Below, in pieces: positions 18,267-28,334 of a DNA stretch of 64,000 nt (position 1 is the first letter of the stretch; the number at the start of each line of letters is the position of its first letter). This stretch comes from an uncultured marine group III euryarchaeote (lineage in GTDB: Archaea; Thermoplasmatota; Poseidoniia; MGIII; CG-Epi1). The notes beneath the pieces are model-generated. The model was not told the DNA's origin and did no database searches. It was given only the letters and a program-made list of their open reading frames with translations. The translations under genes were made by a program, and so were the position numbers. The stretch is from NCBI GenBank assembly GCA_902627615.1, contig CACOJW010000006.1:31204-95203 (forward strand). The letters run 5' to 3'.

Positions 18267-19349
18267 ATGAAGAATATTGGGAAGCTAAGAAAATTGATGT
18301 CAGAAAAATCACTTTCAGCTTTAGTAGTCGTGCCAGGACCAAATATGTCTTATCTTACTGGCTCAAAATTCCATTTAAGTGAAAGGCCAGTTGTTCTTAT
18401 TTTAGAGCAAGAAAGGGCAACTTTTATTCTTCCAGAACTAGAGAGTTCTAAGGTGTCTAATCTAAAGACTGAGCTCATAACCTACAATGATGAAACAGGT
18501 CCAGATTCTGCTTTTATTGAATTTTCAAACAAGAGTCGTTTTACAGAAGTCGGTATAGAATCAAGAACTATACGTCATCTTGAGTTAGATTTATTACAAA
18601 AAACAGAGATTAGCAAAGGTTTTGTTGATGCAATAGATATCTTTGCAACATTGAGAATGTCTAAATCAAATCAAGAAAAGAAAATGATGATGAATGCAGT
18701 AGATATTGCTCAAAAGTCATTAGAATCAATAACGGATAAAATTAGGCCTGGAGTTACAGAGAAAGAATTTGCATCTGAATTAGTTATTCAATTATTGAAA
18801 AACGGTTCAGAGTCGGAATTACCTTTTTCACCAATAGTAGCTTCAGGAGTAAATGCAGCAAACCCTCATCATTTTCCTGTTGATAAAGAGTTCGAAAAGG
18901 GAGATTTGATAATCATTGATTGGGGAGCTAATCATGAAGGTTATTTTTCGGATATAACCAGAACTTTTGCTATTGGAAATGACATCGATGCAAGATTGCT
19001 TAAGGCCTATAAAGCCGTAAAAGATGCTAATTCTTCAGCACGCAAATTAGCTAAATCAGGTGTTGAAGCTGGTGCGTTAGACAAGGCAGCTCGAGAGGTC
19101 ATTGACAAAGCTGGATTTGGAGAGTACTTTACACATAGAACAGGGCATGGTTTAGGTCTTGAGATACACGAAGAACCTTATATCAAGCCAAATAATGAAT
19201 TTGTACTGGAAAATGGCATGACTTTTACGATTGAGCCGGGGATATACATACCAGACTTAGGTGGAATTCGAATTGAAGATGACATTTACTTGGATGACGA
19301 AGAAGCGATTAGTTTGACATCTTTGCCACGTGAATTAATTTTTCTCTGA
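18267..19349 (+). CDS. M24 family Xaa-Pro peptidase (PepQ/PepP-like)
   Basis: Pita-bread motifs DWGANHEGYFSDITRT, HRTGHGLGLEIHEEP, FTIEPGIY and GIRIEDD. Confidence 0.85.
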   Translation: MKNIGKLRKLMSEKSLSALVVVPGPNMSYLTGSKFHLSERPVVLILEQERATFILPELESSKVSNLKTELITYNDETGPDSAFIEFSNKSRFTEVGIESRTIRHLELDLLQKTEISKGFVDAIDIFATLRMSKSNQEKKMMMNAVDIAQKSLESITDKIRPGVTEKEFASELVIQLLKNGSESELPFSPIVASGVNAANPHHFPVDKEFEKGDLIIIDWGANHEGYFSDITRTFAIGNDIDARLLKAYKAVKDANSSARKLAKSGVEAGALDKAAREVIDKAGFGEYFTHRTGHGLGLEIHEEPYIKPNNEFVLENGMTFTIEPGIYIPDLGGIRIEDDIYLDDEEAISLTSLPRELIFL

Positions 19350-19392
19350 TACTCAATGAACCCTTTATAGCCCAGTTATTGAATGACCTATT

Positions 19393-22317
19393 ATGGCAGA
19401 CCCTGTAGATAGCGGAGGCCGGCGTTATGTCGTTCTAGCAGTAGTCATTATGCTATTGGCAGCTTTGCCTTTTTCTCCACTAGTTTCATTCAAGTCATCT
19501 CAGCATATTGATTCTCAATCAGCAACTACAGATTCGAATCTTCCCACTAAGGACAGTGATAACGATGGAATGCCAGATTGGTGGGAAATGGATTTTGGTT
19601 TAGATCCATATGATGCTTCAGATGCAGCACTAGATTCGGACAGTGATGGGCACGATAAGAATAGAAATGGCATTTTAGAAGTGGAAGAATATTTTACTAA
19701 TTTAATGGAATATGAAATGGACTTGGTAATAGGTAATAGTACGAATCCAATTGAAAGAGACACAGATAAGGATGGAATGCCGGACGGCTGGGAAGTTTAC
19801 TACAATTTAAATCCACAATATTTCCCAGACGGTGATGAGGATAATGACGAAGATGGATATGATGTTAATCGTGATTTGTATCTTAGCGCAGATGAAAAAC
19901 ATACTAATTTAGAGGAATATCTTGCAGGAACAAGTCCCTGGGAATACGATACAGATAGTGACACTATGCCCGATGGGTGGGAATTATTCTATGGATTAGA
20001 TCCGTTAATGTCTGCAGATGCCTGGTATGATACAGATGCTGATGGTTGGGATGCGAATTTTAATTCAGAGTTAGAATACGAAGAGAGATATTTCAATTAC
20101 ATGGAATATTACAATGATACTAATCCACTCATAGCAGATACAGACGGTGATACTATGCATGATGGTTGGGAAGTCTATTTTGGTTTAGAACCCCTTAGAG
20201 CTTCAGACAATTTTGAAGATAAAGAAGCAGATGGCTTGCCTAATGTTTATGAATATAATAACAGTCTAGTGAACACGGGATGGGTAGATAATGACGGTAT
20301 ATTCACCACTCGTCCAGACTACAATGATACAGATGAAGATACAATTTCAGATAACGATGAATTATTCATTTATTTGACGGATCCCACATCGAATGATACA
20401 GATGGAGATGGGATGCCCGACGGTTGGGAAATAGAGTACGGTCTGAATCCAATTTCAGCATTAGATGCAGCATATGACTCAGACAATGATGGTTGGGATT
20501 TTAACAGAAATTTCAATATAAGTGGTGATGAGTTATTTACTAATCTGGAAGAGTATCTTAACGGAACTGACCCTTCGAATAATGATACTGACGGAGATGG
20601 TATGCCTGATGGTTGGGAAGGATATTATGGGCTTCAACCGACAGATCCTTCTGATGCAAATCAAGATTTCGATGGAGATGGCTATGATATCAACCGAGAC
20701 GGCTTCATTTCATCTTCAGAGAGATTTAGTAATTATGAAGAATTCAAAAATGAAACAGCTCCAAATAATAATGACACAGATAATGATGGCATGTGGGATG
20801 GATGGGAAGTTTATTACGGTTTAAATCCTCTAGATGCTTTCGACGCAACAGTTGATAATGATGAAGACGGTTTCGATGCTAACTATAATGGAACTTTAGA
20901 GGAAGATGAAGAGCACAACAATATTCTTGAATTCCAGGCAGATACACATCCCTACATTGAGGATACAGATGCAGATGGAATGCTAGATGGATGGGAATGG
21001 CTTTATGGTTTAAATCCATTAAATCCTTTAGATGCAAATGCAGATAGTGATAATGACGGGGTAATTAATCGTCTAGAATATAACAACAGTGCAGCAGGAC
21101 CTTACATTGAAGTTGACAACATAACTTCATCGATGCCCAACAATAATGATACTGACGGCGACGGGCTTTTGGATGGCCAAGAATTATTCGTACATCTTAC
21201 AGATCCAACACATCCAGATACAGATGGAGATGGGATGCCAGATGGTTGGGAAGTCAAATATGGATTAAATCCATTAGATTCTGAAGACGCTTTGCTTGAT
21301 ACAGATAACGATAGTTTTGATTCAGATTGGAATGATAATCTAACTGAATCTGAGATATATGCAAACTTATACGAATATTTGAACGGTACAGACCCTACTA
21401 ACGGAGATACGGATAACGATGGAATGTCTGATGGATGGGAAGTCTTTTGGGGCTTTCAGCCATTGAATTCTAGTGATGCTACCGATGATCCTGACAATGA
21501 TTCACTTATCAATCTCTATGAATTTGATAATTCAAGAGTTGAAGGGTTTGATGATAACGTTTACAGCATTGATAATATTACAGGTTCCAATCCTCTTTTG
21601 AGAGACACGGACGCAGACCTGATTAGTGATGGCGAAGAATGTGTTTTTGGCGAAGATGGTTATGTTACGGATCCGTCAAATCCAGACTCAGATGGAGATG
21701 GAATGCCAGATGGCTGGGAAATGTTACATGGGTTGGATCCTTTCGATCCAAGTGATGGCGAATTAGATTCAGATAACGATGGTTGGGACTTTGATAGAAA
21801 CGGAACTGTAGAGCAATGGGAAAAATTTACTAATTACGAAGAATATCTGAATGGTACTGATCCAAACAATAACGATACAGACGGCGACGGTATGGTTGAT
21901 GGTTGGGAAGGTTATTACGGATTAAATCCTAGGTCTGTAGAAGACAGAGATTGGGATTCAGATGGAGATGGTTATGATTCCAACGGTGATGGTGAACTTT
22001 CACCCGATGAGAAATTCACTAATTTTGAGGAATATTTGATGAATACAAATCCTGTTAAAGCTGATACTGATGGAGATAACTGTACCGATGGATGGGAAAT
22101 ATATTGGAACGATAATAAGCCTGCAGATGAGAACAGGACCTTAGATCCATTAGATGGAATAGATGGCTTCTTAGATTATGATGAAGATGGCTGGGAAGAT
22201 TGGGAAGGCGTACAGTATAACTTCCCTAATTGGCGCGAGGAACAAGCCAACACTAATCCTTGGGATCCCGATACAGATGATGATGGAATGACAGATGGTT
22301 TCGAGGCGGATAACTAA
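19393..22317 (+). CDS. Secreted or anchored acidic protein built from ~14 thrombospondin-type-3-like Ca-binding repeats (DTDxDGMPDGWE-x2-YGLNP)
   Basis: N-terminal hydrophobic helix (YVVLAVVIMLLAALPF) followed by ~55-65-aa units, each with a DxDxDGxxDxxE loop, YGLNPLD and TNLEEY. It ends inside a unit (DTDDDGMTDGFEADN*). Confidence 0.8.
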   Translation: MADPVDSGGRRYVVLAVVIMLLAALPFSPLVSFKSSQHIDSQSATTDSNLPTKDSDNDGMPDWWEMDFGLDPYDASDAALDSDSDGHDKNRNGILEVEEYFTNLMEYEMDLVIGNSTNPIERDTDKDGMPDGWEVYYNLNPQYFPDGDEDNDEDGYDVNRDLYLSADEKHTNLEEYLAGTSPWEYDTDSDTMPDGWELFYGLDPLMSADAWYDTDADGWDANFNSELEYEERYFNYMEYYNDTNPLIADTDGDTMHDGWEVYFGLEPLRASDNFEDKEADGLPNVYEYNNSLVNTGWVDNDGIFTTRPDYNDTDEDTISDNDELFIYLTDPTSNDTDGDGMPDGWEIEYGLNPISALDAAYDSDNDGWDFNRNFNISGDELFTNLEEYLNGTDPSNNDTDGDGMPDGWEGYYGLQPTDPSDANQDFDGDGYDINRDGFISSSERFSNYEEFKNETAPNNNDTDNDGMWDGWEVYYGLNPLDAFDATVDNDEDGFDANYNGTLEEDEEHNNILEFQADTHPYIEDTDADGMLDGWEWLYGLNPLNPLDANADSDNDGVINRLEYNNSAAGPYIEVDNITSSMPNNNDTDGDGLLDGQELFVHLTDPTHPDTDGDGMPDGWEVKYGLNPLDSEDALLDTDNDSFDSDWNDNLTESEIYANLYEYLNGTDPTNGDTDNDGMSDGWEVFWGFQPLNSSDATDDPDNDSLINLYEFDNSRVEGFDDNVYSIDNITGSNPLLRDTDADLISDGEECVFGEDGYVTDPSNPDSDGDGMPDGWEMLHGLDPFDPSDGELDSDNDGWDFDRNGTVEQWEKFTNYEEYLNGTDPNNNDTDGDGMVDGWEGYYGLNPRSVEDRDWDSDGDGYDSNGDGELSPDEKFTNFEEYLMNTNPVKADTDGDNCTDGWEIYWNDNKPADENRTLDPLDGIDGFLDYDEDGWEDWEGVQYNFPNWREEQANTNPWDPDTDDDGMTDGFEADN

Positions 22318-22900
22318 TGCATAACTTGATGCAATACCTTTATTTACGAGTAAAAGGATTTCTACGCGTAGGTGAAGCATGTTAGTGAAGCAAGTTATTG
22401 CATTGTTTTTAGTCGTTTTAATGCTAATTTCACCTCTGACCACCTTGTCAGTTACGGCAGATATGGATCCAGATGAAGATAACGATTTAGATGGTTATGA
22501 TGCCAACAGAGATGGAATTCTATCTGACGATGAAAAATACACTAATTTAGAGGAATATTACAACAATACTAATCCTAATGATGAAGATACCGATGATGGA
22601 GGAGCGTGGGATGGTTGGGAAGTTTATTATGGATTTAATCCACGTATCTCTTCGGATGATTCTCTTGATTCAGATAGTGATTCTCTTATTAACAGCCTAG
22701 AGTTTTTTTGGGATGCAGATCCATTTAGTTCAGACACAGACCAGGATGGGATGCCTGACGGTTGGGAAGATACATACTCAGATAGACTGCCAGAAGGTTG
22801 TGGTCTTAATCCAACAATTTCAAGTGATAAATTTGGTGATCCAGATGGAGATGGATCCGATAATTTGAGGGAGTATCAAGAGGGAACCAATCCTTGTGAT
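19540..22900 (+). repeat. Coding tandem repeats (DGWE / TSP3-like units) spanning the 974-aa gene and the first ~170 codons of the next gene
   Basis: Recurrent DNA blocks such as gatacagatggagatgggatgccagatggttgggaa near 20398, 20587, 21229, 21689 and 21886. The copies are imperfect. Confidence 0.8.
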
Positions 22901-25900
22901 GAAGACAGTGATGATGATGGAGATCCAGATGGAGAAGATCCACCTCCTGTTGATCCCGGTGATGATGACGAAGGCAATCCCGACACAGGTGCTACAGACG
23001 GTAATGTGACAATCTACGAAATATTTGATCCAGTCCTTGGTACAGCTAAAAGATGGAATGCCTTAGATGGTCTACTTTATGACGATCAGGCTTCGAATCC
23101 GAATGATATGTATACCATGTATAACTTTGATTCAGATAAGTATGAAATTTTCCCCACAAATTTTGAAGGTTACTCAAATGTCTTTGAAGGTTGGATATGG
23201 ATGGGAATCCAAGTTACTACCAACGATTATACTCGAATTCCTTCAGTTTCCCCAGACGCAGATATCATAGATTACGATCCCAATGCTACCGGGGTAACTA
23301 TTAGTTTTTTCAAAGATGGAGCAGATAATTACTACGTTCAAGGTAGTGAAAATATTGTAATTGATTTGAAATATCGAATGGGCACTAATGGTTCATATTT
23401 CAACAGACCTATTTCAGAAGATTTAACACTAGATGACCTTCCTAATGAAGCAATAAGGCAAATCAATGGGGCAAACCAAGTTAAAGAAAATGTAAAAGAT
23501 TTCTTGCAATACAAGCATGATAATGGGACAATTGCTAACGAACCACTCTATTGGCTTTGGCCTGAAAATGGTACTCCTGAAACTAATTTAGCATTAATAA
23601 TCAACAATTTAACATGGTATTTTTCAGCTTTCATAGAAGGTGATGGTGATGTTCCAGATGCAGAGGAACCGTGGGATGTCTATCAATCGATTTGTATCAA
23701 CGGTATTGGGGCTTGTAGGCATCGTTCTTTTGGTTTCTTCGTAACGGCTTTGGCACTGGGAGCTCCAACTAGATATGTTTCAAATGAAGCACATGCTTTT
23801 GTCGAAGTTTATGTTCCTGAAGATAATGAAACTTTTTCAGCAAGTCATTGGAAAAGAATTGACTTAGGAGGGACTGGAAGCAGTACAACTCTTGACAGGC
23901 CTGATGACGAGGAGGACGATGGTGATACTTTTGATTTTGATGATATGGATCCCGATGATATTGAGAATATGACTGGGGAACTAGTTACAATTGTAATGAC
24001 TCAAATTTCACCTGACAACCGAGTTGATAAGGGTGAAGAGATAACCATTAGTGGATATGCAGAAGATCAAAATGGAACTAGGATTCCTAATTTTAATGTT
24101 GGATTTGGAATGTGGGATAAGGAACATTCAGAGCCAGCTTTTGAAATAGGTCAAACAGTTACTAATTCCTCAGGTAATTTTGAATTTAATACGACTGAAT
24201 TTTTATCGGCCCTGCCCGGCGAAAATGAGATTTATGCAGCAGCATATGAACAAGGTTTTTTGGGACTTGATGGTCCAGAAGATATAGAAATATACTCAGA
24301 TTCAAACTTGGTGTTAGACAATCCCGAGTCTGTAGGTAAGGGTCAAGATTTGATAGCTTCTGGTACTCTACTTGATGCAGGCGGCGTTCCAGTTGAAGGA
24401 GCTACTCTAACAGTTTATTTGTGGGAAGATCCATACTGGGGAACTCCTAATTGTAATAACAGTTGGCCAGCCATATTATGTAATATTGGTGAAATTGAAG
24501 GAGAGCCAGTTACTGATGAGTTTGGTAATTTTGTATTTAGTTGGACAGTTCCTGAAGATGAAGATGACCAACCTACTGCAGACACAGATTACCATATCTA
24601 CATCGCCTATGATGCTCCCGATGCTGATGATAATGATTTGCCAGATGATTATGTTTATTCCACAAGTCAGTCAACAGATCTAATTATTTTGGATTCAAGT
24701 GTAGATTTAGAAGCCTCACTTGAACCAAGCAAGGAATATGTAGGAAATAAATTCTGGGTAAATGGAACTATATCTGATTCAGCTGTTGACAATGGTAAGA
24801 TTAATGTTGAACTTTCAGGATTTGAGCTTTCCGTAATAGATGTTGTGCAAGCAGATTGGTCAATGGAAGTAATAGTTCCACAAGATTTATCAGCAGGAAA
24901 TTACACAGTTATAGTTTCATTTGAAAGTAGCGAAGCAACTTTACCAGATGAGAGAGTTGATTTGAATTTTACAGTATTAGGAACAAGTCGCATAGTATTA
25001 GATACAGACACTTTGAAATTTACAAGGGGGCAAAATGCTACTTTCGAAGGAGAGCTTCTTGACCATCTAGATCAGCCGATTGCAGATCAGAGTATTGATT
25101 TAGTATGGGATGGAATTTCCATAGCCACAGTGACTACTGAAATTGATGGAGATTTCACATTCACATACAGCATACCAGAAGACCATGCATTGGGTAATAT
25201 TACATGGTTAGCGAAGTTTGAGGGTAATGACCTCTACCTAGGTTCTAATGAATCACAAATTTCCGAGGTTTTCCAGCAGTCAGTTCTATCGCTTCAATCA
25301 GATGACAGGCACTTTTATTCTGGAGAAAGCATGATTTTGAGTGGAAGTCTTACATATGACAACGAAACTTTGTTGCCAGGAGCACTTTCAATTTATTTTG
25401 ATGGTAATTTCTTGCAATCCTTCATTACTAACGGGACTTTTAGTTTTGAATATACTCCCGATGCGTCTTATTTGGATGTAGGCGAGCATACAATAGAAAT
25501 TAAATACAGTGAAAACGGGTATAATCTTGCAGGTAATGCAGACGTAGACGTTTACCTTCATCGTAAAGTTTTCTTATCTATGGAAGAAGACCAAGTTCTT
25601 AGAGATACTGAAGTTACAATGACTGGTTTTGCAAGAGATGAGTCTTCATTTGGAATATCAGGAATTGATTTGTCTTTTGTTTGGGGTGAAAATTCACTAG
25701 ATGATGTAGCCACTACTACATTTGGAGGTTCATACACTAAGACCTATTTGGTTCCAAATTCTCAAATTTTGGGTAAAGTTGAAGTTCAAGCTATTTTTGA
25801 TAATACGACTTCACCGTATTATGATAATTCTACACAAATTTTTGAATTTACTATAGTTTCAGAGACAGTCATTAATTTACCAGACTTGGAGATAATAAGA

Positions 25901-28333
25901 GGAGAAGAAATATGGTTTAACGGCACTATCTTTGATGACAGGGGCCAAGCAGTAAAAGAAATTGAAGTTAATGTATTTTGGGATGATGAGTATCTAAGAA
26001 GAGTAAGTGGAGATACGAATGGCAGTTTCACCTTTATATGTTCAAATGAATGGTCTTGTTCAGATTCAGATTATCCGGCAGGGATTGTTCCTGTGAAATT
26101 ATCATTTGGAGGTTTCGGCTATTATTTACCTTCAACATATGTGGCAAATTATACAATATGGGGAAATACAAATATTACAATTCTTGAATTTAGTGAAGTA
26201 GTAGTTGCTAGTCAAAATGTGACGTTTAGCGGATTTATAGAGAATGACTTAGAAGTTCCATTAGATAGGGAGGTAACACTCCTTTGGGATGGCATAACTA
26301 GAACAACAGTAAATTCGATTAATGGGGAATTTACAGGTACCTTTGTTATTCCATCTAACACAATTGCAGGAAATCACACATTAACTGCTCAAATTAACGA
26401 TCAAAATTTCTTGAGAGGCACCTCAGACGATGTTGAAGTTTTGGTTATGCGCGAGACAGAATTAACAGTTCAGTGGTTGGGTGGATTTAGAAATTCGACA
26501 TCAGTTGTTTCTGGCTATTTACGAGATGTTGTTGGCGTCGGTCTTCCAGGTTATCACCTCGATATTTATTTTGATGATGAATATGTAGGAAATGCTACTA
26601 CAGGAGAGTCAGGTCTTTTTGTTTATGACTTACTTGTTGATAAAGAGACTGAATTAGGTACTCATAGCATAGCAATTGTGTTTGAAGGATCTTATTTCTA
26701 CTTATCTTCGGATATAGAAGTAGAGTCTGAAATTTTAGCTAACACTTATTTTGTAACAGATTCCTTAGAAGTCTTGAGATTGCAAGAATTTTATCTTAAA
26801 TCGTATTTGTTTGATGATTTAGGTAATCCAATGGTTAATCAATCAGTAAATGTTACTTTTGAAGGTCAAACTTATCAACTGTTTACAGATTCCGAGGGCT
26901 ATGTTGAGAAAAATTTGACTCTGTCGTCAACTCATTCTCTTGGAATTTATACAGCTACCTGGAGCTTTGTTGGGTATCAATATTATCTTCCTTCTGATAA
27001 CGTTCAAACTATAGTTGTTGTAGCTTCTACGAGCATTAGCATAGAGTCAGATTCAGAAGTAATCGTTGGGGAATCATTTGAGTTTAGCGGAAGAATTATT
27101 GATGACATGGGTAATCCTCTAAGTACAAATCTAAATTTCCTTTTCCAAGGGCAATATGTGGAAGGCTTAGTTACAGATAGTGACGGTCGTTTTTCGCATG
27201 AGTATTTAGTTCCGCATTACACTGATGCAGGATCAAATACGATTACAGTAACTTATGTTGCAGAAGATTATTACCTTCCATCTTCATCAATATGGCAACT
27301 TCAAGTATTTCATAATACACGCATAGAGATGAATGAGTTTGAAGCTCTTTTGAATTCCACAGTGCCTATAACCGGTTTCGTTTACGATAAGGCGGATAGG
27401 CCAATCGAGGGTTTGAGTGTAAGATTAGTTATGGATTCCAATTTCCCAATTGATGGCATAACTGATAGCAACGGTGAATTTAGTATACCTTTGAATGTTC
27501 CCTTCGGAACGGAATTAGGATATCACAATTTGACAGTTACATTTGCAGGTAACGACGAATATATCGATAACTTTACAGAATCAAGAATTTTTGTCATGGG
27601 CGAGACCAAATTGATTCTTGAAGTTCCAAGTACTTTAGAATACCAACAATCCTACACTGGAAAAGTTACCTTAACTATGCTTGATGGAAGTCCGGTATCG
27701 GGAGCTCCGTTATTGGTTGCTTTCCAACCAAATGGAGTAACTTCTATGGTTATTACAGATTCAAATGGTACTGCATCTTTTGATTCAGTATTCTCAGGTA
27801 ATGATACAGTACCTATGATAGTCAAGGTTACTTACACCGGCGATGAATATTACATTGGTAATGAAGTCGAATCAACAATTATATTCAGGCCACCTACTCA
27901 AGAGGCAAATTATTCGTTTTGGATAATTTTAGCAGCTACATTAGTCGGCGGTTCGGGAGTAATGCTAGGTTGGAAATGGTATAGAGACAGACACTTAAGA
28001 GAAATAAGAAGAATCCTAGAATCGACTGCTTTAGCTCTTGAAGCCAATATGGATTACAGGGATTCAGTCGTCCATTCCTATAAGGAAATGTGTAAAATAT
28101 TGCATGGTTATGGATATTTGAGGCAGCATTTTGAGACCGTCCGGGAATTCCAAATAGCTTTAGAGGAAGCTCTACCTTTAGATCATAGTTCTGTTGCTAA
28201 TCTTACTTTACTTTATGAGGAAGCTGATTATACTTCTAAAAGTTTAGATGATGATCATAGGCTTAATGCAGTTTCATCTCTCAGAACTATCATCGAAAGC
28301 TTAGATACGAGTAATGAAAAGCTAGAGGATTGA
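22379..28333 (+). CDS. Giant transglutaminase-like envelope protein: signal peptide, TSP3-like repeats, transglutaminase core, ~12-13 Ig-like domains, TM helix, cytoplasmic DUF4129-like domain
   Basis: Signal-like N-terminus. Cys-His-Asp core GACRHRSFGF..EAHAFVEVYV..WKRIDLGG at ~23700-23880. Repeated ~95-aa beta units (e.g. ATFEGELLDHLDQPIADQSIDLVWDG..DGDFTFTYSIP). TM FWIILAATLVGGSGVMLGW. Tail with the TVREFQ..LLYEEADY pattern. Confidence 0.8.
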   Translation: MLVKQVIALFLVVLMLISPLTTLSVTADMDPDEDNDLDGYDANRDGILSDDEKYTNLEEYYNNTNPNDEDTDDGGAWDGWEVYYGFNPRISSDDSLDSDSDSLINSLEFFWDADPFSSDTDQDGMPDGWEDTYSDRLPEGCGLNPTISSDKFGDPDGDGSDNLREYQEGTNPCDEDSDDDGDPDGEDPPPVDPGDDDEGNPDTGATDGNVTIYEIFDPVLGTAKRWNALDGLLYDDQASNPNDMYTMYNFDSDKYEIFPTNFEGYSNVFEGWIWMGIQVTTNDYTRIPSVSPDADIIDYDPNATGVTISFFKDGADNYYVQGSENIVIDLKYRMGTNGSYFNRPISEDLTLDDLPNEAIRQINGANQVKENVKDFLQYKHDNGTIANEPLYWLWPENGTPETNLALIINNLTWYFSAFIEGDGDVPDAEEPWDVYQSICINGIGACRHRSFGFFVTALALGAPTRYVSNEAHAFVEVYVPEDNETFSASHWKRIDLGGTGSSTTLDRPDDEEDDGDTFDFDDMDPDDIENMTGELVTIVMTQISPDNRVDKGEEITISGYAEDQNGTRIPNFNVGFGMWDKEHSEPAFEIGQTVTNSSGNFEFNTTEFLSALPGENEIYAAAYEQGFLGLDGPEDIEIYSDSNLVLDNPESVGKGQDLIASGTLLDAGGVPVEGATLTVYLWEDPYWGTPNCNNSWPAILCNIGEIEGEPVTDEFGNFVFSWTVPEDEDDQPTADTDYHIYIAYDAPDADDNDLPDDYVYSTSQSTDLIILDSSVDLEASLEPSKEYVGNKFWVNGTISDSAVDNGKINVELSGFELSVIDVVQADWSMEVIVPQDLSAGNYTVIVSFESSEATLPDERVDLNFTVLGTSRIVLDTDTLKFTRGQNATFEGELLDHLDQPIADQSIDLVWDGISIATVTTEIDGDFTFTYSIPEDHALGNITWLAKFEGNDLYLGSNESQISEVFQQSVLSLQSDDRHFYSGESMILSGSLTYDNETLLPGALSIYFDGNFLQSFITNGTFSFEYTPDASYLDVGEHTIEIKYSENGYNLAGNADVDVYLHRKVFLSMEEDQVLRDTEVTMTGFARDESSFGISGIDLSFVWGENSLDDVATTTFGGSYTKTYLVPNSQILGKVEVQAIFDNTTSPYYDNSTQIFEFTIVSETVINLPDLEIIRGEEIWFNGTIFDDRGQAVKEIEVNVFWDDEYLRRVSGDTNGSFTFICSNEWSCSDSDYPAGIVPVKLSFGGFGYYLPSTYVANYTIWGNTNITILEFSEVVVASQNVTFSGFIENDLEVPLDREVTLLWDGITRTTVNSINGEFTGTFVIPSNTIAGNHTLTAQINDQNFLRGTSDDVEVLVMRETELTVQWLGGFRNSTSVVSGYLRDVVGVGLPGYHLDIYFDDEYVGNATTGESGLFVYDLLVDKETELGTHSIAIVFEGSYFYLSSDIEVESEILANTYFVTDSLEVLRLQEFYLKSYLFDDLGNPMVNQSVNVTFEGQTYQLFTDSEGYVEKNLTLSSTHSLGIYTATWSFVGYQYYLPSDNVQTIVVVASTSISIESDSEVIVGESFEFSGRIIDDMGNPLSTNLNFLFQGQYVEGLVTDSDGRFSHEYLVPHYTDAGSNTITVTYVAEDYYLPSSSIWQLQVFHNTRIEMNEFEALLNSTVPITGFVYDKADRPIEGLSVRLVMDSNFPIDGITDSNGEFSIPLNVPFGTELGYHNLTVTFAGNDEYIDNFTESRIFVMGETKLILEVPSTLEYQQSYTGKVTLTMLDGSPVSGAPLLVAFQPNGVTSMVITDSNGTASFDSVFSGNDTVPMIVKVTYTGDEYYIGNEVESTIIFRPPTQEANYSFWIILAATLVGGSGVMLGWKWYRDRHLREIRRILESTALALEANMDYRDSVVHSYKEMCKILHGYGYLRQHFETVREFQIALEEALPLDHSSVANLTLLYEEADYTSKSLDDDHRLNAVSSLRTIIESLDTSNEKLED

Positions 28334-28334
28334 C

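Noticed and set aside
22318-22378. Possibility that the 974-aa and 1,984-aa genes are one gene split by a frameshift or error
   Set aside because: The spacer contains several stop triplets. The downstream gene begins with its own ATG and a hydrophobic signal peptide (VIALFLVVLMLISPLTTLSV).
19540-22900. Regularly spaced DNA repeats, considered as a possible CRISPR array or satellite
   Set aside because: The repeats are imperfect and in frame, and they encode the DGWE/TSP3-like protein units. There is no spacer/repeat alternation and no cas genes.
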